A DNA stretch of 64,000 nucleotides. Origin: Dehalococcoidia bacterium. GTDB lineage: Bacteria; Chloroflexota; Dehalococcoidia; CAUJGQ01. The stretch's first letter is position 1; every line of letters starts with the position of its first letter. The translations under genes were made by a program, and so were the position numbers. Positions 8,288 through 16,962 of this stretch are shown here, in pieces. The stretch spans positions 16,718 to 80,717 of the forward strand of contig JBHOQW010000252.1 in NCBI GenBank assembly GCA_042408665.1, in the 5' to 3' direction. The notes under the pieces were generated by a model that saw only the letters and a list, made by a program, of their open reading frames with translations, ran no database searches and was not told where the DNA came from.

Positions 8288-9622
8288 TCAGGAGGCCGCG
8301 GCGGCCTCACGCGGCCGCTCAGTCCCCGTGGCGCCGTCGCGCTGGTCGATGGGCACGTACTCGCGGTTGAGCTGGCCGGTGTAGATCTGGCGCGGCCGCA
8401 CGATCTTCTGTTCTGGGTCCATCGTGGCCTCCAGCCATTGGGCCAGCCAGCCCGCCGTCCGCGGGATGGCGAACAGCACCGTGAAGATCTCGGCCGGCAG
8501 CCCCATCGCCTCGTAGATCAGGCCGGAGTAGAAGTCCACGTTCGGGTAGAGCCGGCGGCTGATGAAGTAGTCGTCCTCCAGCGCGATCCGCTCGATCTCC
8601 AGCGCGATCTCGATCAGCGGGTTAACCCCGGTAACCTCGAACACCGCGTTGGCGGCGTTCTTGATGGCGCGGGCGCGGGGGTCGTAGTTCTTGTAGATGC
8701 GGTGGCCGAAGCCCATCAGGCGTCGCTCCCCGGCCTTGACCGCCTTGATGAATTCTGGCACCCGCTGGAGCGACCCGATCTCGCGCAGCATCCGGAGCAC
8801 CGCCTCATTGGCGCCGCCATGCAGCGGGCCGTAGAGGGCGGCAATACCGGCGGCGATGGCGGAGTACGGATCCACCTCCGTGGAGCCGACGGCGCGCACC
8901 GCGTTGGCGCTGGCGTTCTGCTCGTGGTCGGCGTGCAGGATGAAGAAGACGTCGAGGGCGCGCTCCAGCACCGGGTTGGGCTGGTACTTCGCCTCGCTCA
9001 TCTTGAACATCATGCTGAGGAAGTTGCCGGTGTACGACAGGTCATTGTCGGGATAAACATACGGCAGGCCGCGCGAGTGCCGGTAGGCGAAGGCGGCGAT
9101 GGTGGGCATCTTGGCGATCAACCGGTGCACCTGGATCTCGCGCGAGCGCGGATCGTGGATCTGCTTGGCGTCCGGGTAGAACGTGGACAGCGCGCCCACC
9201 GTGCCCAGCAACATGCCCATGGGGTGAGCATCGTGCCGGAAGCCGCGCATGAACTCCTTGATGTTCTCGTGTACAAAGGTGTGGTGGGTGATGTGGTAAC
9301 ACCACTCCTCGTACTGCTTCTTTGTGGGAAGCTCGCCGTGAATGAGGAGGTACGCTACCTCAAGGAAGTTGCTCTTCTCGGCGAGCTGCTCGATGGGGTA
9401 GCCGCGGTACTGGAGGATGCCCTTCTCGCCGTCGATGAAGGTAATACTGCTCCGACACGTGGCCGTGTTCATCAACCCCGGGTCGTAACTCATCAACCCG
9501 AAATCGTCCGGCGTGGCCTTGATCTGGCGCAGATCGGTGGCGCGAATGGTCCCGTCCGTGATCGGGAGCTCGTAGGACTTGCCGGTGCGGTTATCGATGA
9601 CAGTGAGCGTGTCCTTGGTCAT
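8288..9622 (-). CDS. gltA: citrate synthase
   Basis: Full-length match to the citrate synthase pattern (GPLHGGANE, MGFGHRIYKNYDPRA, NVDFYSG). ATG at 9622 has GAGAGG upstream; an alternative GTG lies at 9628. Confidence 0.95.
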   Translation of the reverse strand: MTKDTLTVIDNRTGKSYELPITDGTIRATDLRQIKATPDDFGLMSYDPGLMNTATCRSSITFIDGEKGILQYRGYPIEQLAEKSNFLEVAYLLIHGELPTKKQYEEWCYHITHHTFVHENIKEFMRGFRHDAHPMGMLLGTVGALSTFYPDAKQIHDPRSREIQVHRLIAKMPTIAAFAYRHSRGLPYVYPDNDLSYTGNFLSMMFKMSEAKYQPNPVLERALDVFFILHADHEQNASANAVRAVGSTEVDPYSAIAAGIAALYGPLHGGANEAVLRMLREIGSLQRVPEFIKAVKAGERRLMGFGHRIYKNYDPRARAIKNAANAVFEVTGVNPLIEIALEIERIALEDDYFISRRLYPNVDFYSGLIYEAMGLPAEIFTVLFAIPRTAGWLAQWLEATMDPEQKIVRPRQIYTGQLNREYVPIDQRDGATGTERPREAAAAS

Positions 9623-9697
9623 CTCCACAACCTCTCACCCGCCGCCGCCCAGCCGGCGCGGCCCGGCGGCGCGAGCCCTAACCCCGCGGGCACGTCA

Positions 9698-9706
9698 ATG
9701 GTAGCA
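9698..9706 (-). promoter_or_regulatory. putative extended -10 element (TGC-TACCAT) for gltA
   Basis: Minus strand reads CTGCTACCAT about 75 nt upstream of the gltA start. Confidence 0.35.
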
Positions 9707-9770
9707 GAGATGTGCACCTGGCGCGCCTCCGCTCCGGCGCCGCCGACACCAGCCGGGGGCCCATCCGCCG

Positions 9771-10544
9771 TTACCGCGGCGGCTCAATGGTGATGTTGCC
9801 GGCGTTGAAGTCGCTCAGGTTGAACTCGGCCTTGAACGAGAGCGCGTCGTTGCCGCTCTGATCGGCGGACAGGGTGATGCGCACCGGCCACCGTTCTTTC
9901 TCGGTAAACCACAGGTTCATCTCAATCCGGTCAAACAGCGTGGTTAACGTCGACGAGTTGCCCTGCAGTCCCATCCCAAGCTTGTTCAGGTCGCTGCCGC
10001 TCAGCCGGTAGCGGACGGTGTCTACCCCGCCCACGCGTTCCCGCGTACCCCGCACGCCGCCTCGCTCCAGATCGGCCGGGCTCACCCGGCAGAAGTCCTC
10101 GGGCTTGAAGCTGGGCGTCTCCGGGCTGCTCGGATTTTTCTCCCAGGGGCCGTTCCCCTGCCGAGTCCACACGTCGTTGCCGATACTGACGACCTCAAAC
10201 GTCTGCCCACCGGCCTCTACCTTGCTCTGGAAGCGGTCCGGCGTCACCGCCGCGCCGCTGAGCTTGACGTCCCCGCCGCCGCCCACACCCGCGGAGGCTG
10301 GCAGCTTGATCGAGACCGTCCCTGTGTACCGGTAGCTCTTGAGGTTGGCCAGACACGACGTTCCGGTCGGAACCTGGGCAGCGTCGGGCGTCACCGGCGC
10401 CGCGGCCTGGGCGGCCGGTGACGGTGAGGCAGAGCCAGCCCCCTGCCCCGCCCCGCGGTCCTGCTTGTCGCCACCACGGGAACAGGCGATGAGCAGGGTG
10501 AGCACCAGCGCCGCGCCGCCGACCAGCCATGGTCTCGCTCGCAT
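9771..10544 (-). CDS. hypothetical lipoprotein
   Basis: Signal peptide with lipobox LLIAC, then a low-complexity linker. No recognisable catalytic motif. Confidence 0.6.
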   Translation of the reverse strand: MRARPWLVGGAALVLTLLIACSRGGDKQDRGAGQGAGSASPSPAAQAAAPVTPDAAQVPTGTSCLANLKSYRYTGTVSIKLPASAGVGGGGDVKLSGAAVTPDRFQSKVEAGGQTFEVVSIGNDVWTRQGNGPWEKNPSSPETPSFKPEDFCRVSPADLERGGVRGTRERVGGVDTVRYRLSGSDLNKLGMGLQGNSSTLTTLFDRIEMNLWFTEKERWPVRITLSADQSGNDALSFKAEFNLSDFNAGNITIEPPR

Positions 10545-10696
10545 CCTTCCACCTCACTGCCGACGGCCACCGATAACCCGCCGGCCCTCGGCCGGCCGCC
10601 GCGTTTGCTCCCATGCTACGGGATCACGCCCAGGCTGTTCTCCGCCTTGAGCGACATTTGCGGTAGTCTGCAGGCGAATGGCTGAACGGTACGGTC

Positions 10697-12376
10697 ATGC
10701 GTGCGCTTACGCCCCTCCTGTGGCTCATGCTCACGCTCGCGGCGGTGGCGTGCCACCGCGAGCGGCCCGCGCTGCGCATTGAACAGCTCCCGGGCACGGG
10801 GCCGCTGTCCGTGGCCGTGCCGAGCGGCTGGCGCGCCGTCTATGGCGACCTTCTCACCGCCGCTCACCCGGATCGGGTACAGCTCCTGGAGATGAGCACC
10901 ACGGCGGACGCCGCCGCCGCAGTCGCCGGAGGCCGGGCACGCCTCGCCCTCGTCCGCGCGTCGGACGCGACCGGGCTGGCCGTCGAGCCGTTCGCCACGG
11001 TGCCCCTCACCCTCCTGGTACCGTTCACCTTCCCGGTCGACGACGTGCGCCTGCACCAAGCTCGCGCCCTCGCCGCCGGCCAGATCGGCGACTGGCGCCC
11101 GCTGGACGGCCCGGCGGTGCCGGTACGGGCCGTGCTCTGGGGAAACGACGACGACGCGGCCGCCGCCGCGGCCGTGCTTGGCCTCCCACCCGTGGCGCCC
11201 GTGGCCGCGCCGGCAGAACGCCTGGCCGCGGGTGGGCTCGCGCTGCACATGGGCGCGCCTCCCTCACCGGCGCTCAAGCCGTTGCGCGTGGACGGACGGT
11301 TTCCAGATGAGGACGGCTACCCCCTGCTCGAGCGGCGCGCGGTGGTCGGCAACGTTAACGACCTTCCCGTGGTGCGCGCCGTCGCCGCCCTCCTGCGTGC
11401 CCAGGACCAGCGCCGGCAGCCGCGCGTGGTGCTGGACGCCGTCGGGGACATCATGCTCGACCGGAGCGTCGGCCAGGCCATGCGCGAGCGCGGCATGACC
11501 TACCCCTTCGAGGCCGTGCAACCGCTGCTCGCGGGCAGCGACCTGCGCTTCGCTAACCTGGAGCTGCCCCTGACCGAGCGCGGCGCGCCGGCCGCCAAGC
11601 GGTACGTCTTCCGGGCGCCGCCGGCGGCGGCCGCCGCCTTGCGTGGCGCCGGCTTCACGCTCCTCTCGTTGGCGAACAACCACCTGCCGGACTACGGCCA
11701 CGAGGGCCTGCTCGACACGCTGGCCGCGCTGGACCAGGCCGGTATCGCCCATACCGGCGCCGGCCGCTCCCAGGAGGAGGCCCACGCCCCGGCCGTGGTA
11801 ACGGTGAATGGGCTGCGCATCGCCCTGCTGGCCTACGTCAACGTGCCCGATGATGCCGGTAGTGGCTTCTCCACCCGGGCATGGGCCGCCGGGCCGGCCA
11901 CGCCCGGGGTGGCCTGGGGCACGGTGGAGGCCGTGCGGCGGGACGTGGCGGCGGCGCGGGCGCAGGCCGATCTGGTGATCGTATCCATCCACGCCGGGTT
12001 CGAGTACACAGCGGTGCCGAACTCGGTGCAGCGCGAGCTGGCCCACGCCGCGGTCGATGCCGGGGCCACGCTGGTGCTGGGCAGCCACCCGCATGTCCTT
12101 CAAGGGGTGGAGTTCTACCGCGGTGCGCCGATCGTGTACAGCCTCGGCAACTTCGTGTTCGACCTGGACGACGACGATCGGCGCCAACCAGGGCTGCCCT
12201 CGGTGCTCTCCGCCGTGTTGCGCGTCACGCTGGACCGCTCGGGTGTGCGTGCGCTGCGGTTCTTGCCCGTGGTGATCGACGAGCGGGACGGCCGGCCCGT
12301 GCCGGTGAACGGACCGGAGGCGCGCTCGGTGCTGGAGCGCCTGTACCGGGTCAGCGCCGCGCTAGAAGGTGAGTGA
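10697..12376 (+). CDS. CapA-family (PGA_cap metallophosphatase-like) protein with extra N-terminal domain
   Basis: C-terminal half has the CapA pattern (DAVGDIMLDR, LANNH, SIHAGFEY, GSHPHVLQG). It also has a signal/anchor sequence and an unassigned N-terminal domain of about 230 aa. Confidence 0.75.
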   Translation: MRALTPLLWLMLTLAAVACHRERPALRIEQLPGTGPLSVAVPSGWRAVYGDLLTAAHPDRVQLLEMSTTADAAAAVAGGRARLALVRASDATGLAVEPFATVPLTLLVPFTFPVDDVRLHQARALAAGQIGDWRPLDGPAVPVRAVLWGNDDDAAAAAAVLGLPPVAPVAAPAERLAAGGLALHMGAPPSPALKPLRVDGRFPDEDGYPLLERRAVVGNVNDLPVVRAVAALLRAQDQRRQPRVVLDAVGDIMLDRSVGQAMRERGMTYPFEAVQPLLAGSDLRFANLELPLTERGAPAAKRYVFRAPPAAAAALRGAGFTLLSLANNHLPDYGHEGLLDTLAALDQAGIAHTGAGRSQEEAHAPAVVTVNGLRIALLAYVNVPDDAGSGFSTRAWAAGPATPGVAWGTVEAVRRDVAAARAQADLVIVSIHAGFEYTAVPNSVQRELAHAAVDAGATLVLGSHPHVLQGVEFYRGAPIVYSLGNFVFDLDDDDRRQPGLPSVLSAVLRVTLDRSGVRALRFLPVVIDERDGRPVPVNGPEARSVLERLYRVSAALEGE

Positions 12377-12399
12377 GGCGACGAGCCTCGTGGCGCGGG

Positions 12400-13050
12400 T
12401 CAGTCGGAGATGCGCTGCGGGTTGCGCAGGTAGTCCAGGCTGCGACGGTACCATTCCTCGCTGATCTTGCCGCTCGACATCAGGTAATTGAGCAGCGTCT
12501 CCAGGTCCAGCATCGGGATGAGGCGGATGTTGTGCTGCTTGAGCCGCTCACGCCCCCCCTGCCGCCGATCCAGCAGCACGATGGCATCCCGCACCACGAG
12601 ACCCCGGTCACGGAGCTGCTGCGCCGTCTCGATGATGCTGGTACCGCCGGTGATCAGGTCGTCGATGATGAGCACGGTTTGACCGGGCACGTAGTTGCCC
12701 TCGATCACGCTGGACCGGCCCTCTTTGGTGGGGTGCAGGTAGATCATCGGCACTTTGGAGACCAGCGAGAACGCCGTGGCCAGATGCAGACCGCCGAACG
12801 GGACGCCGGCCACCAGACTGAAGGGCGAGATGCCGGGATGCAGCATGCTGAGCAGCGTTTCGGTCTCCTCTTTCATGACGCGGGCGATGCGCCGCAGGGT
12901 TAACGGCCGGCTCACCAGCAGGCGCAGGTTGACGTACACGGGCGAATGCAACGTGCGGCCAATGTTGAAATCCCCGAATTTGATCGCACCGAGGTCCCAC
13001 AGTTCTCGGGCCAGCCACAGATTCCCCGCGTTGCCGCTGCCGCGTGCCAT
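12400..13050 (-). CDS. orotate phosphoribosyltransferase-like protein (divergent catalytic loop)
   Basis: PRPP motif VLIIDDLITGGTS, IKFGDF...SPVYVNLR and DRRQGG match the OPRT layout. The flexible-loop RKExK segment reads HPTKEGRSS instead. ATG at 13050 with GGTGAAGGGG upstream; the track start is TTG at 13077. Confidence 0.7.
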   Translation of the reverse strand: MARGSGNAGNLWLARELWDLGAIKFGDFNIGRTLHSPVYVNLRLLVSRPLTLRRIARVMKEETETLLSMLHPGISPFSLVAGVPFGGLHLATAFSLVSKVPMIYLHPTKEGRSSVIEGNYVPGQTVLIIDDLITGGTSIIETAQQLRDRGLVVRDAIVLLDRRQGGRERLKQHNIRLIPMLDLETLLNYLMSSGKISEEWYRRSLDYLRNPQRISD

Positions 13051-13080
13051 CCCCTTCACCGTCCTTACCGTGTCCAAGGA

Positions 13081-13112
13081 AACAAAAAAGGCCCCGTCCG
13101 CTGGACGCAGCC
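13081..13112 (-). terminator. intrinsic terminator/attenuator hairpin plus U6 tract about 30 nt upstream of the PRTase start
   Basis: Minus strand reads GGCTGCGTCCAGCGGACGGGGCC followed by TTTTTTGTT. Confidence 0.7.
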
Positions 13113-13363
13113 TTGACCAGGAGCACTATACATTATTCCGCATCGGCACGGGCCCCACACCCGGGGAGCACCCACCGTGATGGCTCGCTTTGCTGCAACC
13201 TACCCTCTACGCTGAGCCGTGGAGCGAGGCCCGCCGCCGGCGCCCTGCCCAAAGGCAGGGCTTACCTGTCAACCTGCCAGACCCTCCACAGGGCGTGCAA
13301 GCGCATGGCTCCCTCCGCTCAGCATGCCGGGATCGCCATGAGGCCGCAGTCCGGCCTACCCGC

Positions 13364-13392
13364 ACGCTAGCATCGGTTCTAAAAGCTGTCAA
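13364..13392 (-). promoter_or_regulatory. putative sigma-70-type promoter (TTGACA-17 nt-TAGCGT) overlapping the rfbD stop
   Basis: Minus strand has TTGACA at 13392-13387, a 17-nt spacer, then TAGCGT at 13369-13364. Confidence 0.5.
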
Positions 13393-14288
13393 GTACCCTG
13401 TTCCGATCGCAGAACCCGTTCCCAACCGGCACGCAGGTGGCCTTTTGCCCGCAGGTAGGCTGCCAGCGCCTCCTCCAGCGGTCGCAGCGGGGGGATGCCG
13501 ATGGCGCGCAGCCGGTCGTTGGCCAGCACGGAGTACGCCGGTCGCGGGGCGGGGGCCCCGTATTCGGCGGACGAGACGGGCGTGAGCTGGGCGGGTGTGT
13601 CCGTGAGCCGGAAGATCAGGGCGGCGAAATCGTGCCAGGAGATGGTGCCCGCGTTCGTGATGTGGCAGACACCGTACGCCTCGGTGCGCGCCAGGCGCAC
13701 CAGGGCGGCGGCTAGGTCGGCCGTGGCCGTCGGGCCAAGCACCTGGTCGTTGACGACGCGCAGCGGCCGACCCTCGCGGGCGAGACGCAGCATGGTCTCC
13801 ACGAAGTTGCCGCCCTTGCCCGACGCGCCGGCCACGCCGTACAGCCCCGAGCTGCGCACGATGTAGTGGCGCGGGTTGGCCAGTGCCACCAGCCGCTCGC
13901 CGGCGGCCTTGCTGGCGCCGTAGGCGTTGAGCGGGCCTGGCCGGTCCTCCTCCCGATAGGGGCGACGGGCCGTGCCCGAGAAGACGTAGTCGGTGCTCAC
14001 CCACAGCACGGCCGCGTCCACGGCGGCCGCCCACCGCGCCACCAGCCACGCCCCGTAGGCGTTGACGTGAAAGGCCACTGTCGGGTCGCGTTCCAGGTCG
14101 TCCACGCGGTGCGCCGCCGCCAGGTTGACCACCAGGTGCGGGCGGGTCGCCTCCACCGCGGCGCGCACGGCCGCGGGGTCGGTGACGTCGCAGTCGCGGT
14201 GGCTGAGGGCACGGACCTCGGCGTCCGGCCAGGAACGCACCAGGTCGTGACCGAGCTGGGAGCGGGCGCCGAGCACCAGGACGCGCAC
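13389..14288 (-). CDS. rfbD: dTDP-4-dehydrorhamnose reductase-like (RmlD family)
   Basis: GARSQLG Rossmann motif, STDYVF, YGASK active-site motif and PRPAYSVL near the C-terminus. GTG start 1 nt after the upstream stop. Confidence 0.8.
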   Translation of the reverse strand: MRVLVLGARSQLGHDLVRSWPDAEVRALSHRDCDVTDPAAVRAAVEATRPHLVVNLAAAHRVDDLERDPTVAFHVNAYGAWLVARWAAAVDAAVLWVSTDYVFSGTARRPYREEDRPGPLNAYGASKAAGERLVALANPRHYIVRSSGLYGVAGASGKGGNFVETMLRLAREGRPLRVVNDQVLGPTATADLAAALVRLARTEAYGVCHITNAGTISWHDFAALIFRLTDTPAQLTPVSSAEYGAPAPRPAYSVLANDRLRAIGIPPLRPLEEALAAYLRAKGHLRAGWERVLRSEQGT

Positions 14289-14289
14289 G

Positions 14290-15252
14290 CTAGCCGGCCT
14301 CCGTCCGGCCCGGGCGTGGCCGCTCGTCCATGAGCATCCGCAGGAGGGCCATCCGCACGTACAGACCGTTCTCCGCCTGACGGAACACGGCCACGCGCGG
14401 GTCGGTTAGGTACTCCTCGGGCAGCTCCGGGCCGGCCGGCAGCGGATGGAGGATCACCGCGTCGTCTGGGAGCGCCGCCAACACGTCTGCGGTGAGGGTG
14501 AAGCAGCGCTCATCCTCGCTGGGGCCGTACAAGTGCTGGAGGGCAAAGTGGCTGAACTGTCCGGCCACAAAGTATAAGACGTCCGTATCCGCCGCCGCCT
14601 TGCGCAGGTCGAGGCCGACGTCAAACTGGAGCGCGTCGCTGCCAATCGCCTGCTGGATGTTCTCCGTCACCTTGAGCACGGCCGGCGAGATGAAGTGGAA
14701 GCGCACGCCCCGGTACCGCAGGGCCAGCAGCTTGACGAACGAGCGCATGGCCGGCCAGCGCCAGAAGCTGGTGTCCCCCACCAGTGTGACCCGCAGCCCG
14801 TCCGGTGGGCCGCGCCGCTCGACGATCGTCACCAGGTCGAGCAGCGCCTGCGTTGGGTGTTCGCCCTCCGGCTCGCCGCCGTTGAACACCGGCATGGCCG
14901 CCACCCTGGCCGCGCGGGCGGCGCCGCCGGCCTGCTCCGCCCGGATCACCAGACCGTCGAAGTGCCAGGCGTTAAGGATGCGCACCGTGTCCTCCACGCT
15001 CTGCTCGCGGGCCTGCGGCGACAGGGTGCTCGGGCGCAGCTCACGCACGCGCCCGCCCAGGATCTCCATCGCCTCGGCGAAGGAAGAGGCCGTGAGGAGG
15101 CTTTCCTGATACAGCAGAATAGCGAGCTTGCGCCCACGCAGCGGCTCGCCCGTCCCGACGAGCGCCGCGCGTTCCATGCGCTGCGTCTCGGGGATGAGCT
15201 CCGTCTCGATCCAGCGGCGGTCGAACTGCGCGACCTCAAGCACGTGGCGCAT
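14290..15252 (-). CDS. aspartate/ornithine carbamoyltransferase-fold protein lacking the STRTR motif
   Basis: HPTQALLD and HPLP motifs and the overall ATCase layout are present. The carbamoyl-phosphate motif position reads ESLLTAS instead of PSTRTR. ATG at 15252 with AGGAGGG upstream. Confidence 0.7.
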   Translation of the reverse strand: MRHVLEVAQFDRRWIETELIPETQRMERAALVGTGEPLRGRKLAILLYQESLLTASSFAEAMEILGGRVRELRPSTLSPQAREQSVEDTVRILNAWHFDGLVIRAEQAGGAARAARVAAMPVFNGGEPEGEHPTQALLDLVTIVERRGPPDGLRVTLVGDTSFWRWPAMRSFVKLLALRYRGVRFHFISPAVLKVTENIQQAIGSDALQFDVGLDLRKAAADTDVLYFVAGQFSHFALQHLYGPSEDERCFTLTADVLAALPDDAVILHPLPAGPELPEEYLTDPRVAVFRQAENGLYVRMALLRMLMDERPRPGRTEAG

Positions 15253-15277
15253 GCGGCGGCTCCGCCCTCCTGTGTTC

Positions 15278-16465
15278 TCAGTTCCGGCTGACGACCATGG
15301 CGATGCCCTGGCCACCGCCGATGCACAGCGTGGCCAGGCCGAGGTGGGCCGCGCGCCGCCGCATCTCGTGCAGGAGCGTCACCAGGATGCGCGCGCCGCT
15401 GGCGCCGATCGGGTGCCCGAGGGCGATGGCGCCGCCGTTCACGTTCAGCTTCTCCGGGTCGAGGCCCAGCTCCCGCTGTACGGCGATGCTCTGGGCGGCA
15501 AACGCCTCGTTGGCTTCCACAAGGTCGAGCTGGCGTATGTCCAGGTCGGCGCGGGCCAGCGCCTTACGCGTGGCGGGTACGGGACCGATCCCCATGATCT
15601 TGGGGTCCACCCCCGCCGCGGCCCAGCTCCGGATGGTGGCCAGCGGCTCGAGACCCAGCGCTGCGGCCTTGCGCCGGCTCATCACCACCACGGCGGCGGC
15701 GCCGTCGTTGATGCCGGAGGCGTTTCCGGCGGTGACAGCACCGTCTTTCTTGAAGGCCGGCCGCAGGGTGGCCAACCGCTCCAGGGTCGTGTCCGGGCGG
15801 GGGTGCTCGTCGGTGCTGACCACCGTCGTGCCCTTGCGTCCCGGTACTTCGACCGGCACGATCTCGTCGTTGAAGCGGCCGCTGCGGATGGCCTCGGCGG
15901 CGCGGCGCTGGCTCTCGGCGGCGAAGGCGTCCTGCTCGGCGCGTGAGATCTCCCACCGTTCGCTAATGTTCTCCGCCGTCACCCCCATGTGGCAGTCGGC
16001 GAAGGCGCACCACAGGCCGTCCAGGATCATGCTGTCGAGGACCTGGTCATGCCCCATGCGGTAGCCGAAGCGGGCCTTGGGCAGCAGGTAGGGGGCGGCG
16101 CTCATGTTCTCTTGGCCGCCCGCCACGACGACCTCGGCGTCGCCGGTGAGCACCGCCTGGGCGGCCAGCACCACGGCCTTCAGCCCGGAGCCGCACACCT
16201 TGTTGATGGTGGTGGCCGGCACGGTCTCCGGCAGTCCGGCCGCCATCGCCGCCTGCCGCGCCGGGTTCATGCCCAGGCCGGCCTGCAGCACGTTGCCCAT
16301 GATCACCTCATCCACCTGCTCGGGTGCGACCCCGGCCCGGCGCAGTGCCTCGCGGATCACCACCGCGCCCAGCCGCGGCGCGGGCATCTCCGCCAGGGCG
16401 CCGCCGAAGGCGCCGATGGGCGTGCGCACCGCGCTGACGATCACCGCTTCATCTTGACCGGTCAT
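15278..16465 (-). CDS. acetyl-CoA C-acetyltransferase (thiolase II)
   Basis: [26 protein letters not shown] (active-site Cys), [12 protein letters not shown] and the C-terminal CIGGGQGIA. Confidence 0.9.
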   Translation of the reverse strand: MTGQDEAVIVSAVRTPIGAFGGALAEMPAPRLGAVVIREALRRAGVAPEQVDEVIMGNVLQAGLGMNPARQAAMAAGLPETVPATTINKVCGSGLKAVVLAAQAVLTGDAEVVVAGGQENMSAAPYLLPKARFGYRMGHDQVLDSMILDGLWCAFADCHMGVTAENISERWEISRAEQDAFAAESQRRAAEAIRSGRFNDEIVPVEVPGRKGTTVVSTDEHPRPDTTLERLATLRPAFKKDGAVTAGNASGINDGAAAVVVMSRRKAAALGLEPLATIRSWAAAGVDPKIMGIGPVPATRKALARADLDIRQLDLVEANEAFAAQSIAVQRELGLDPEKLNVNGGAIALGHPIGASGARILVTLLHEMRRRAAHLGLATLCIGGGQGIAMVVSRN

Positions 16466-16725
16466 GCCCGTGGTCCTTTCGTTGGGGGTAGGGGTTGCCC
16501 GCCTGTATGGTAGCGAGCCGCCCGGTCGTGGTCGAGGCGTGGCGTGGCGAACGGACAACTTGTTCGCCGCCACCGCTTGCAAGCGCGCGGCCGACGGGCC
16601 AAACTGTTACATAACTGTAGCCCCTGCCGCTTGGCAGGGCTTCCCCGTCGGGCTTAGCATCAGAGCAGCCGATGCGCAGCGTGGTCGATATGTCGTAGGC
16701 GACAGTGTATCGGGAGGAGGCACCA

Positions 16726-16962
16726 ATGGCCCGATTGATCATCGCGAACCGGCGTGGGCACCAGACCATTGAGTGGGACCCGGCGGTGGACACCGACGAG
16801 AACCGCGCCGCGATCGCCGAGGCGGAGCGCATCATCGAGGAAGCGCGCCGCCACGGCTGCCGCGTGTCGCGCAAGGTCGGTAACCAGCACGTGCTGGACG
16901 ATCGCCCGTTCGACGCCACGGTTGAGGAATACCAGATCATCGCCCCCATCGCCGGTGGCTGA
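16726..16962 (+). CDS. small protein with ThiS/MoaD/SAMP-like C-terminus ending in Gly-Gly (candidate ubiquitin-like/sulfur-carrier protein)
   Basis: 78 aa. Strong ribosome-binding site GGGAGGAGG at 16712-16720. C-terminus EEYQIIAPIAGG followed by the stop resembles MoaD/SAMP DEVAFFPPVSGG. The order of predicted strands and helix is compatible with a beta-grasp fold. Confidence 0.55.
   Translation: MARLIIANRRGHQTIEWDPAVDTDENRAAIAEAERIIEEARRHGCRVSRKVGNQHVLDDRPFDATVEEYQIIAPIAGG

Noticed and set aside
7880-9793. 637-aa ORF on the + strand
   Set aside because: Entirely antisense to citrate synthase, which has unmistakable motifs. The product is Arg/Gly/Ala/His-rich low-complexity sequence typical of shadow ORFs in high-GC DNA.
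13078-13388. Possibility that the structured region is a known housekeeping RNA (long SRP RNA, RNase P RNA, 6S, tmRNA) or a known riboswitch (TPP, ZTP, ykkC/PRPP, PyrR site)
   Set aside because: I could not find the diagnostic cores on either strand by eye. These were GGAAGCAGCC for the SRP helix 8 tetraloop region, GAGGAAAGTCCGGGC for RNase P, a tRNA-like end for tmRNA, CTGAGA...ACCTGATCTGGATAATGCCAGCG-like for TPP, CCGCCTGGGC for ZTP, and GGTCCGAGAG...GGGATAAAAGCCCGGGAGA for ykkC. A covariance-model search is still needed.
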